A stretch of DNA of 64,000 nt from Promethearchaeia archaeon (lineage in GTDB: Archaea > Asgardarchaeota > Lokiarchaeia > Sigyniarchaeales > SOKP01), in contig JAHQWK010000024.1 in the NCBI GenBank assembly GCA_029856145.1, positions 1 through 64,000 on the forward strand, written 5' to 3'. This document shows, one piece after another, positions 1 to 9,071 of the stretch. The number at the start of each line of letters is the position of its first letter. Position 1 is the stretch's first letter. The notes beneath the pieces were generated by a model, which did not search any database, was not told the origin of the DNA, and saw nothing but the letters and a program-made list of their open reading frames with translations. Both the position numbers and the translations under genes were made by a program.

Positions 1-1
1 C

Positions 2-1573
2 ACCTATCATGTGTGGGATTCTGCTCAAGATCATGGAACTTTAGAAAGTTGGATGAGATTTACTTCAAATACAGAACCAAGTGCTTTTCTTCTAAGAAGT
101 GATGGAACTCTTTTATGTGCTTTAGTAGTTTCAAATGGTAATTTCATGTATACAAATAATACTGGAAACCATGACATTAGTGGAGCCCCAACCCCACAAA
201 TTAATACATGGTATCATATCCGATTCGATTTCAGGGGATCCTATGGTAGCACTTATCAAGGATTAACAAGCCAATATACATATAGAATTTATATTGATGG
301 AGTAGCATATGGTCCCTATAACTATGCTACAACTAATGATCTTAATCGTTTTCTGGTACATACTGCTATTGCTGCTACTGGAGTTACAATTTATTGGGAT
401 GCTGTAGGATATTCTTGGGATCCCGATTATAATATTGGAGATAATCTAAATGAAGGGTTATTACTTAGTTTTGATCATGGCTTCAATCCAGATTGGATGG
501 GATATTCTTTAGACGGACAATTAAATAAAACAATTTTAGGAAATACCACATTTTCATTTCCTACTAATGAAGGGTTGCATAGTATTCAAGTGTTTGGGAA
601 TGATACTTTTGGAACTATGTATGAATCTGATGTTAGATACTTTACGACATTATACTATCCTGAAGTTTCCATTACTTCACCTAATCATCATGAGTTCTTT
701 GGTAATACTGCTCCAGGTTTCGTTCTTTCTATTATAGAATCCAACTTGCATTCTAGTTGGTATACACTCGATGGTGGAATAACGAATATCACATTTAGTG
801 GATTTACCGGTCAAATTAACCAGACAGAATGGGATAAATCTGGAAATGGAACAGTTTCAATAAGATTCTATGCAAATGATACATGGGGGTTAGAGGGATA
901 TGATGAGGTAACTATCTGGAAAGATACATATTCACCAGCTAGTTCTATTCTATTCGTTCCACACACTGGCATTGATGTAGTTAATGAAACAACTGAATTT
1001 TCTCTCACAGCAGATGATGGTTTAGGTTCTGGAGTCTCGTTTATAAGATATAAAATTAATGACTCAAGTTGGATTACCTATAGTTCTCCTTTTACCTTAG
1101 TTAACTATCCATATGGAGACATTCTTATTACATATCAAGCAGTCGATCAAGTTGATAATTATGAGACAGAGCAACAGTTAGTAGTCGATCGAACAGATAC
1201 AATTTCTCCTACGTCTTCAATATTATACACTCCTTATGAAGTTCCTAATATTGTTATTCAATCCACAGTTTTTACAATAACTGCCACTGATGAACCATTC
1301 GGTTCTGGACTTTCATTAATAAGATATAAAATTAATGATTCAGGTTGGATTACTTATACAGGTCAATTCGACTTAACTGGCTATGACTATGCAGCTTATA
1401 TTATTACTTATCAAGCAATTGATTTAGCTGGAAATATTGAAACTGAAAATTCAATTAATATTATATTAGCACCTGCGTCTATTCCCCCAGGAATACCAGG
1501 ATATCAATTATTTATAATGATAGGCGTTATAAGTATAGTTTCAGCAATTCTAGTTAAAAAGAAGTTTAAATAA
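2..1573 (+). CDS. Cell-surface protein with lectin-like and Ig-like beta-sandwich domains and a Loki-CTERM-type C-terminal anchor (5'-truncated by the window edge)
   Basis: The frame is open from the window start. Repeated Ig-like units (D..SP.SSI...GSG.S.IRYKINDS.WITY) and many N-x-S/T sequons. C-terminus is PGIPGY, then a TM helix, then KKKFK. Confidence 0.8.
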   Translation, partial: TYHVWDSAQDHGTLESWMRFTSNTEPSAFLLRSDGTLLCALVVSNGNFMYTNNTGNHDISGAPTPQINTWYHIRFDFRGSYGSTYQGLTSQYTYRIYIDGVAYGPYNYATTNDLNRFLVHTAIAATGVTIYWDAVGYSWDPDYNIGDNLNEGLLLSFDHGFNPDWMGYSLDGQLNKTILGNTTFSFPTNEGLHSIQVFGNDTFGTMYESDVRYFTTLYYPEVSITSPNHHEFFGNTAPGFVLSIIESNLHSSWYTLDGGITNITFSGFTGQINQTEWDKSGNGTVSIRFYANDTWGLEGYDEVTIWKDTYSPASSILFVPHTGIDVVNETTEFSLTADDGLGSGVSFIRYKINDSSWITYSSPFTLVNYPYGDILITYQAVDQVDNYETEQQLVVDRTDTISPTSSILYTPYEVPNIVIQSTVFTITATDEPFGSGLSLIRYKINDSGWITYTGQFDLTGYDYAAYIITYQAIDLAGNIETENSINIILAPASIPPGIPGYQLFIMIGVISIVSAILVKKKFK

Positions 1574-1714
1574 ATATTTTAATTCAAATTTTATTTTATT
1601 TTTTCTCTTATTGAAGTAGAACTGATTTTATTTCGGGCCTTAATCTTTGATTAAAGGAATCACAATCAAAATAAGAGGTGTTAATCCCTTTCTCTCTGTT
1701 TTTATTTAATTTTA
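1487..1714 (+). repeat. Copy 1 of a ~230-bp imperfect direct repeat (copy 2 at 2852-3085)
   Basis: Covers the IPGY-TM tail, stop region and coaD 3' end. 1591-1636 is identical to 2961-3006. Confidence 0.9.
1591..1714 (-). pseudogene. Decayed remnant of the 3' end of coaD
   Basis: Aligns to 2961-3085 with 46 bp identical at the stop end, then substitutions and indels. No start and no upstream part. Confidence 0.8.
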
Positions 1715-1858
1715 ACACAAATTCTTAAAAATCTCGTAAAATATTATTCAAATTACAAATTTAGAATCAACTACAAAATTGTGATGAAAAATTATTAAAA
1801 TAATTTCAAACTAAATATTATAACTACTAAATTTGACAAAAAATTCGGTTAGTTTAAA

Positions 1859-2947
1859 ATGTTTAAAAAAAAATTTAGGATTTTTCTTCTAATTATACTT
1901 GTAACTTCTGTTTTCAGCGTTATTTTATTCTCAAATTCGGTAAAATATGATTCTACTATAGAAAACGTTGATGATACCATTGATTTATATGATATTAGAG
2001 TTAGTGGACCACAAATTAATATTACTACTCCTGAGAATAAGACTTATTATAGACCTATGAGTGGGTATTATCCAGCGACTTATGGATTTGAAAATGATAA
2101 GATTGGAGAAGATCCAGAAGAATGGTACATGACAATGGAAGATGGAGATGCTAGAGTTACTGAAGAAGTAGATGGTCACAAAAACGTATTGGAATTGGGC
2201 TCAACTACTGGAAAAGTTAGAGCGGGTCAAAATTTTACAGCTCCACATACTACAGGAACGATTGAAGCATATATACGTCTAAATGATACTTCAAAAGTAT
2301 TATATTTTTTAATTCAAGAAGATTGGTATAATTCAATTCATTTTGCTATGAGTAGTGATGGAAATTTTTATTATTATGATGGTTCTTGGCATAATTTGAC
2401 AACTTATAATGCAAATCAATGGTATCATGTAAAATTTGAATTTGATGTTGCTACTGATTGGCATTTATGGATAGATGGGATTTCAATTGATGGTGGAAGC
2501 GGATATAATTTTCGAGGTGCTCCGAGTTCACTTAATTTATTGATGGTTGCAGCAGAAAATCCTAATTCTATTTGCTATACTGATGCAATAGGGTTTTCAT
2601 GGGATCCAAATTATAATATTGGAAATAACTTGGATGAAGGATTATTTGTTAGTTTTGATCTTGGGTTTATTCCAGATTGGCTCGGATATTCTTTGGATGG
2701 GCAAACCACTAGATCTATTTTAGGAAATACCACTATTCCAATTCCCGCAGATGGTTTGCATACAATTCAAGTGTTTGGAAATAATTCAATAGGAACCCTA
2801 TACCAGTCAGACAAAAGATACTTTACTATTGGAGAGATACCTATAGACCAACCAGGAATACCAGGATATCAAATTTTTGTAATAGTAGGTGTTATAAGTA
2901 TAGTTTCAGCAATAATAGTTAAAAAGAAGTTTAAATATATATTTTAA
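1859..2947 (+). CDS. Cell-surface protein: signal peptide, ConA/LamG-like domain within an Ig-like domain, Loki-CTERM-type anchor
   Basis: Basic-hydrophobic N-terminus and a NQWYHVKFEFD...LWIDG lectin-like motif. The DAIGFSWDPNYNIGNNL...RYFT block is shared with the upstream gene. Ends in a PGIPGY-TM-KKKFK tail. Confidence 0.8.
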   Translation: MFKKKFRIFLLIILVTSVFSVILFSNSVKYDSTIENVDDTIDLYDIRVSGPQINITTPENKTYYRPMSGYYPATYGFENDKIGEDPEEWYMTMEDGDARVTEEVDGHKNVLELGSTTGKVRAGQNFTAPHTTGTIEAYIRLNDTSKVLYFLIQEDWYNSIHFAMSSDGNFYYYDGSWHNLTTYNANQWYHVKFEFDVATDWHLWIDGISIDGGSGYNFRGAPSSLNLLMVAAENPNSICYTDAIGFSWDPNYNIGNNLDEGLFVSFDLGFIPDWLGYSLDGQTTRSILGNTTIPIPADGLHTIQVFGNNSIGTLYQSDKRYFTIGEIPIDQPGIPGYQIFVIVGVISIVSAIIVKKKFKYIF

Positions 2948-3085
2948 TTCAACTTTTTTTTTATTTTATTTTTTCTCTTATTGAAGTAGAACTGATTTTA
3001 TTTCGGTCTTTATCTTTAATTAAGGGAATAACAACCAAAATAAGAGGTTTAATTCCTTTTTTTTCTCTGTTTTCATTTAATTTTA
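2852..3085 (+). repeat. Copy 2 of the ~230-bp imperfect direct repeat
   Basis: Matches 1487-1714. Confidence 0.9.
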
Positions 3086-3407
3086 AGGCATTTTCGTATG
3101 TTTCCTGGCTGACAACCAATCCTTCGTATTCTGGATCTTGAGCATATTTGTCCATATCCGTCCAATTTTTTATTTCAACAATATTAATACGATTTAAATC
3201 AGCAATAGAACTAATATAAGTTATAAGATTCGCTTTTCTAGTTTCATAATCTTCTAATTTTGATGCATATTGCTTATTTTTTAATAAATCCTGAGATGTT
3301 AACCCTATCTCTATGAATTCCGATATAGATAAAGCAATTTTCAATAAAAACTTATGACCCTCGTGGAAATGATCGAAAGTTCCACCTAATCCAACCTTCT
3401 TGAGAAT
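2961..3407 (-). CDS. coaD: Archaeal phosphopantetheine adenylyltransferase; start extended to an ATT codon at 3407
   Basis: In-frame extension of the 127-aa ORF reads ILKKVGLGGTFDHFHEGHKFLL (HxGH motif). It also has LVVSQET and KISSTSIR motifs. An in-frame TAA lies at 3410-3408 and AGGGTG lies 7 nt upstream of the ATT. Confidence 0.85.
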   Translation of the reverse strand: MLKKVGLGGTFDHFHEGHKFLLKIALSISEFIEIGLTSQDLLKNKQYASKLEDYETRKANLITYISSIADLNRINIVEIKNWTDMDKYAQDPEYEGLVVSQETYENALKLNENREKKGIKPLILVVIPLIKDKDRNKISSTSIREKIK

Positions 3408-3414
3408 TTAAAAA

Positions 3415-3420
3415 CACCCT
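3415..3420 (-). promoter_or_regulatory. Shine-Dalgarno-like AGGGTG for coaD
   Basis: 7 nt upstream of the proposed ATT start. Confidence 0.55.
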
Positions 3421-3448
3421 ACTAAGTTAAAAATGATAGTAATTAATT

Positions 3449-3883
3449 TTATTTTTTAACTTTTAAACTTTCTTTCTTTTCTTCTTGCAATTTGGTTTTT
3501 TCAGTAGGGCTTTTTAATTTTACAGAATAAATTTGCTTTATCTCCATTAAGTCCTCACATTTTTCACATTTATCTAACCTTTTAAACACGAAGTCTCCTT
3601 TCTCATAATTTCTAACTTTTGTAAGTCCACATAACTTACAGATCAAAATCGTTAAAGTTTGCCTAATAGGTTCAGGAGGACTTTTTTTGAATTGAATTAA
3701 TGTAGCTCCAAAGCAAATTAGCATAAAACCAATTGACCAACTTGTTAATTGATCAAACCCAAAATCCATATATATAAATAACATACCAATAACAATTAGT
3801 ATAATTAAAACAAGGTTCTTTATAAAGCTTTTAAAGGTGATTCCTTTTTTTAATACTTCCTCATCGTCTTCTTCTTCAATCAT
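3449..3883 (-). CDS. Two-TM membrane protein with a C-terminal zinc ribbon
   Basis: Two hydrophobic helices followed by CKLC...CEKC. Divergent from the DUF1512 gene. Confidence 0.7.
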   Translation of the reverse strand: MIEEEDDEEVLKKGITFKSFIKNLVLIILIVIGMLFIYMDFGFDQLTSWSIGFMLICFGATLIQFKKSPPEPIRQTLTILICKLCGLTKVRNYEKGDFVFKRLDKCEKCEDLMEIKQIYSVKLKSPTEKTKLQEEKKESLKVKK

Positions 3884-4002
3884 AGAGCATGTTGTAATAT
3901 CTTCTTTTCTATGGTTTATAATCGAAAAGAATAAATAAATTTTTTTATTATAAAAACTTAGAAGGTTAATATTTGTGAAAAACCTTTAATTTTAACAAAG
4001 AG

Positions 4003-5139
4003 ATGAATAATATTTATCAATCACCCACTACAGATCCCATTCAACTTATCATATCTTTATTGTGGTTCTTGCTTATATTTATTTCTATGTTTTATGGGCA
4101 AAAACTACAAGCATGGAAAGCGTCCAAAGAAATCCAAGCTGCTTTAGAGAAATTAAAAAAATGGAATGATGAATGTAAAGAAATTTTAATCACAAATTTT
4201 AAAGAATTTGCTGATAAAAAGAAGACCCAGAAAGATTTAATGTTTCAACTTGAAGATTTCCTTACTTTCATAACTATATCTCCAGTTTCTCTCGATCCTT
4301 ATGGAATCATTCCAAAATTTGATCATATTGTTGATGTAAGAGACAATAGGTTCAAAGAAGAAGTTGAATTATTAGCTCCAAATGCCGATATAGTTAAAAG
4401 ATCCAATTTGGAGAATTTAGTAGAAGTCACTATGGCAATTGACTTTATTTATAGACTAATTCGACACTACCTTATACTAGGGAAGAAATCAAAATCAATG
4501 ATATTATTACTTCAGATATCCTACCAATTAGGACTAATTATGACCATGGCTAAAGCTTACTATCAAGCTGCTAAAGCTTTCTCAGAAGGAAGCCCTATTG
4601 GAGATGGACTTGGACCGCTAGTTGCTGCAAGTTTTATCAGGGCTGTATCAAATGATGATATTTCTGCTAATGAAGTTGAAAGAGATACAATTGTACAAGA
4701 ATTAGAGTTTGAAGAAAGAACAATTTATATTGTTCGAGCTAAAGGTCCAGGTGGAACCGTTGGAAAACCAGGTAAAGCCATTAAGAATTTAATTGAACAA
4801 TATGGAGATTCAATATCAAGGATAATTATGATTGACGCTGGTTTGAAACTTTCAGGGGATAAAACTGGCTCAATGGCAGTTGGAGTTGGAGCCGCTATAG
4901 GAGGTATTGGAATTGAAAAACATTATATTGAGGAATCAACAACAGGTAAAACAATTCCTATTGATGCCCTAATTTGCAAACAGTCATTAGAAGATGCTAT
5001 TACCACAATGAAACGCCCCATAACTCAATCTGTTCCAAAATTCGTTGAAAAAATCAAGATGGCTATCAGAAAACGAACTCAAAAAGGGTCAAAAATTATT
5101 ATTGCTGGTATTGGAAATACTATTGGAATTGGAGTTTAA
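4003..5139 (+). CDS. DUF1512 family protein with an N-terminal TM helix
   Basis: PVSLDPYGI, PIGDGLGPLVA, AKGPGGTVGKPG, IDAGLKLSG, GVGAAIGGIG and GIGNTIGIG motifs. Confidence 0.8.
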   Translation: MNNIYQSPTTDPIQLIISLLWFLLIFISMFYGQKLQAWKASKEIQAALEKLKKWNDECKEILITNFKEFADKKKTQKDLMFQLEDFLTFITISPVSLDPYGIIPKFDHIVDVRDNRFKEEVELLAPNADIVKRSNLENLVEVTMAIDFIYRLIRHYLILGKKSKSMILLLQISYQLGLIMTMAKAYYQAAKAFSEGSPIGDGLGPLVAASFIRAVSNDDISANEVERDTIVQELEFEERTIYIVRAKGPGGTVGKPGKAIKNLIEQYGDSISRIIMIDAGLKLSGDKTGSMAVGVGAAIGGIGIEKHYIEESTTGKTIPIDALICKQSLEDAITTMKRPITQSVPKFVEKIKMAIRKRTQKGSKIIIAGIGNTIGIGV

Positions 5140-5334
5140 TTACTATTTGTTTTTTTAATATCATATCTTTTTTTTTTAAATTTATAAATTCATGTTTAAA
5201 CTCGAAAAGTTAATTGTAATAATTAGTTTGTTTGAAAAATAGAAATAATTTTATAATTATAGGAATAAAATTAATTAATTGAATTTTTTAATTATTTGAA
5301 AATAGAAATAGTAAATTAAGAAAAAATTTGTATT

Positions 5335-5340
5335 GAGGTG
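5335..5340 (+). promoter_or_regulatory. Shine-Dalgarno GAGGTG for aor
   Basis: 8 nt upstream of the in-frame ATT at 5349 and 20 nt upstream of the ATG at 5361. Confidence 0.65.
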
Positions 5341-5348
5341 TAAAAAAA

Positions 5349-7220
5349 ATTTACGGTTATATGGGAAAGATTCTAAGAGTTGATTTAACAAATGGTAAAA
5401 TCAGTGAAGAATTTCCTGATGAAGAGACATTAAAATTATATCTAGGTGGATCTGGTATAGCTACTAAATATATGATTGATGAAATACCAAAAGGTATCGA
5501 TCCATTAGGTCCTGAAAATAAATTGATTTTTATGACAGGACCCTTAACAGGAACTCCTTCTCCTAGTACTGGAAGATATAGTGTGAATGCAAAATCTCCT
5601 CTTACTGGTGTTTGGGGTGAAGCAAATTCAGCTGGTTTTTGGGGTCGAGATCTTAAAAGATCAGGCTTTGATGGAATAATATTTGAAGGGATATCTCCAA
5701 AACCAGTATATCTTGTTACTGAAGATGGAAAGGCTGAACTTAGAGATGCTTCACATCTTTGGGGAAAAAATACTTCAGAAACAACAAGAATAATAAAAGA
5801 AGATCTTGGTAATAAGTTTAATATTGCTTGTATAGGAATTGCCGGTGAGAATCTAGTCAAATATGCTGCAGTTATGAATGATTGTGATAAACCAAACTAT
5901 GGAAGAGCTGCAGGAAGATGTGGAATGGGTACTGTAATGGGTTCTAAAAAGCTGAAAGCTATAGCAGTTAAGGGTAATGCTAAAATCGAAGTGGCAAATC
6001 CCGAAGAATATAAAATAGAAGCTAAGCAGAGATATGATTGGGTTAATCAAAGTTTATTAAAGATGACGCTTGAAGTGTTTGGGACAGCTACTATGGTTGA
6101 TTTAGTGAATATTAAGGGTGGTTTACCTACGAATAATTGGCAAACTGGTGTCTTTCCAGCAGCTGATAAAATTAATGGAACAGCTATTAATGAGACGATC
6201 CTAACGGGGAGAAAACCATGCTTTGCATGTCCAATAGCTTGTGGACGATTAGCTGAGATCAAAGAAGGAAAATATAAAAGTACTGGAGAAGGACCAGAAT
6301 ATGAAACACTTGGAGCTTTCGGGACGATGTGTGGTGTTGATAATTTAGAAGCAATTACCATGGCTCATTTCCTTTGTAATGAATATGGGCTTGATGTAAT
6401 TTCCGCTGGAAACACAATTGGATTTGCTATGGAATGTTATGAAAAAGGAATATTGACAAAAGAGGATACAGGTGGTCTTGAGTTTAATTTCGGTAATACA
6501 GATCTTATTGTAGACCTTGTTTCTATAATTAGCAAGAGAGAAGGAATTGGTGACTTACTAGCTGAAGGAACAAGAAATATGGCTCATAAGCTAGGAAAAG
6601 ATTCAATTAGATTTGCTATGCAGGTAAAAGGTTTAGAGCTTCCCGCTTATGATAGTAGAGCTGCCAAAATCACTGGACTTGCTTATGCGACAGCAAATCG
6701 AGGTGGGTGTCATATTACAGCATATATCGAAGGTCCAGCCTTTTTAGCTATGCCATTTATGATAGTTGAGAATGCTACAGTAGGAGATTCTCTAACGGAA
6801 AATCCCGAAGATACTAAAGTAGTAAAAGATTTTGAAGACGCCTTTGGATTATTTGATGCGATTGGGGGATGTAAATTTATGGGAATGGTATTATCTTCTG
6901 AAGATTGGGCATCATTATTGTCAAAACTTCTTGGTTATGAGATTACTAAAGAAGATTTTGCTAAAATAGGAGAGAGACTTTACAATTTAGCAAGAATCTA
7001 TAATGTAAGAGAAGGAATAACAAGAGCAGATGACACGTTACCTCCGCGCTTGCTGGAAGATCCCTTACCAGAAGGTCCTGCAAAAGGAATGACAGTTAAT
7101 TTAGATCCTCTTCTTGATGCGTATTATGATTATCGAGGTTGGGATAAAGAAACTGGAAAACCAACAAAGGAGAAACTTAAAGAATTAGGATTAGATTGGA
7201 CAATCAAAGAAATATATTAA
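5349..7220 (+). CDS. aor: Tungsten-dependent aldehyde:ferredoxin oxidoreductase (start ATT 5349 or ATG 5361)
   Basis: YGYMGKILRVDLT, AKSPLTG, AAGRCGMG.VMGSKKLKAI, CFACPIAC, GPEYET and VKGLELPAYD motifs. Confidence 0.93.
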   Translation: MYGYMGKILRVDLTNGKISEEFPDEETLKLYLGGSGIATKYMIDEIPKGIDPLGPENKLIFMTGPLTGTPSPSTGRYSVNAKSPLTGVWGEANSAGFWGRDLKRSGFDGIIFEGISPKPVYLVTEDGKAELRDASHLWGKNTSETTRIIKEDLGNKFNIACIGIAGENLVKYAAVMNDCDKPNYGRAAGRCGMGTVMGSKKLKAIAVKGNAKIEVANPEEYKIEAKQRYDWVNQSLLKMTLEVFGTATMVDLVNIKGGLPTNNWQTGVFPAADKINGTAINETILTGRKPCFACPIACGRLAEIKEGKYKSTGEGPEYETLGAFGTMCGVDNLEAITMAHFLCNEYGLDVISAGNTIGFAMECYEKGILTKEDTGGLEFNFGNTDLIVDLVSIISKREGIGDLLAEGTRNMAHKLGKDSIRFAMQVKGLELPAYDSRAAKITGLAYATANRGGCHITAYIEGPAFLAMPFMIVENATVGDSLTENPEDTKVVKDFEDAFGLFDAIGGCKFMGMVLSSEDWASLLSKLLGYEITKEDFAKIGERLYNLARIYNVREGITRADDTLPPRLLEDPLPEGPAKGMTVNLDPLLDAYYDYRGWDKETGKPTKEKLKELGLDWTIKEIY

Positions 7221-7261
7221 AATAATAATATTTAATTTTTTTTAAAAAACGGGAGAAAATC

Positions 7262-8962
7262 ATGACTGAAGAAAAAAAGCTAACATATGCCGATAAGCCA
7301 TGGATAAAGAGTTATAAGCTTGGACCTTTCAAACTTGCAGAAACTATGGCACCTTTCCCTGAAATATCAGCGTATAAATTACTTGAGGATTCCGCAACAA
7401 ACTTTCCTGATAGTAGAGCGATTAATTTTATGGATGAAGAGATAACTTACCAGGAATTAAAACTGCAAGTAGATAAATTTGCAACAGCATTATCGGATTT
7501 AGGGATAAAAAAGGGTGATACAGTAGCAACAATCCTTCCAAATTGTCCACAGTTCATCATTTGTGACTTCGCAATTTTACGCTTAGGTGCAATTCATGTT
7601 CCTCTTAGTATATTACATAAAGCTCCCGATTTAATATATGAATTAGGTGAATCTAAAGCTGAAACTGTGATTTGTTCGTATAGACGTATTGAACGAATCC
7701 ATCAAATAAAAGATCAAACATCTGTTAAAACTATGATTTACACACCTGTTCCCATTTTCCCTGATTTTTCCTTACCCGAAATAAAAGAAACATATGGTGC
7801 GATTCGCTTTGAAGATTTAATAAATAAATATGATCCAAATCCCCCTGAAGTTGAAATAAACCCCAAAGAGGATCTTGCAGAATTACCTTTTACAGGAGGT
7901 ACTACAGGTGTTCCAAAAGGTACTATGTTAACTCATTATAACGTGACAACTACTGTTATTCAGACTTTTCAGTGGTATACAAAACCATTGGAGGCAGGAA
8001 TAAAGGGTAAAGCTTCTGCATTGGTATGTGTTCCATTATTTCATCAATATGGTCATATGATTGTATTCGCTGCTGTTTTAATGGGTATGGGTATGTTTTT
8101 AGTTGATCCAAGGGATATTAAAAGAATCTTAGAAATAATAAAGAAACATCGACCTTTTATGGTTTGTGCGGTTCCTACTCATTATATGCTATTTGCTGAG
8201 GGAGATATACCAAGAATGCCTATTTTTTATTATTCTGCTGCAGCTGCGCTTCCTTCTGAAGTTGCTGAAAAATTTGAAAAAAAAGCGGGTGTACCTATGG
8301 GTGAGGGTTATGGTATGACAGAATCATCTATAACACATATAAATATTTCTGCTCTTTCAAAAGTAACGGGATTTATGGCGGAAGTAAAAAGAGGTGTAGG
8401 AGTACCTGTACCCGATACTGATGTTAAACTTGTTGATCCAGAAACAGGTGAAGAGGTTCCATTTGGTGAAGCTGGAGAAATACTTGTTCGGGGACCACAA
8501 CTGATGAAAGGTTATTGGCCTACTCCTGGTAAAGGAATAACTGAAGATGGATGGGTGTCAACTGGTGATATTGGAAAAATGGACGAGGATGGTTACTTCC
8601 ATATAGTTGACCGAATTAAAGATATGATAAATGTATCCGGTATGAAAGTATATTCTAGAGTATTTGAAGACCTTTTATATGAACATCCCGCAGTTAACGA
8701 AGCAGCTATTATTGGTGTCCCAGACCCAGAACGTCTTGGAAGTGAAAGGGTAAAAGCCTTTATCCAACTAAATCCTGGATATAAAGGAACAACTACAGAT
8801 GAAATTATTGAATACTGTAGAGAAAAATTTCCCCCCTATGCAGTACCGAAATCTATTGAGTTTAGAAAGACTTTACCTTTAACTCTAGCTATGAAAATTT
8901 TTAAGAGAAAGCTTAGAGATGAAGAAATCGCTAAAATGAAGGAACGGGGAGAAATTAAATAA
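7262..8962 (+). CDS. Long-chain fatty acid--CoA ligase (AMP-binding)
   Basis: FTGGTTGVPKG, EGYGMTE, TGDIG and DRIKDMINVSG motifs. Confidence 0.9.
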   Translation: MTEEKKLTYADKPWIKSYKLGPFKLAETMAPFPEISAYKLLEDSATNFPDSRAINFMDEEITYQELKLQVDKFATALSDLGIKKGDTVATILPNCPQFIICDFAILRLGAIHVPLSILHKAPDLIYELGESKAETVICSYRRIERIHQIKDQTSVKTMIYTPVPIFPDFSLPEIKETYGAIRFEDLINKYDPNPPEVEINPKEDLAELPFTGGTTGVPKGTMLTHYNVTTTVIQTFQWYTKPLEAGIKGKASALVCVPLFHQYGHMIVFAAVLMGMGMFLVDPRDIKRILEIIKKHRPFMVCAVPTHYMLFAEGDIPRMPIFYYSAAAALPSEVAEKFEKKAGVPMGEGYGMTESSITHINISALSKVTGFMAEVKRGVGVPVPDTDVKLVDPETGEEVPFGEAGEILVRGPQLMKGYWPTPGKGITEDGWVSTGDIGKMDEDGYFHIVDRIKDMINVSGMKVYSRVFEDLLYEHPAVNEAAIIGVPDPERLGSERVKAFIQLNPGYKGTTTDEIIEYCREKFPPYAVPKSIEFRKTLPLTLAMKIFKRKLRDEEIAKMKERGEIK

Positions 8963-9071
8963 ATTTTATTCTTTTCTTTTACTTTTTTGATTAAAAAATA
9001 GATTACTTATAAAAATCAATTAAAATTTAAAATAAATAAAATATTCAAAGTTTTATTATAAAAAAATTGGA

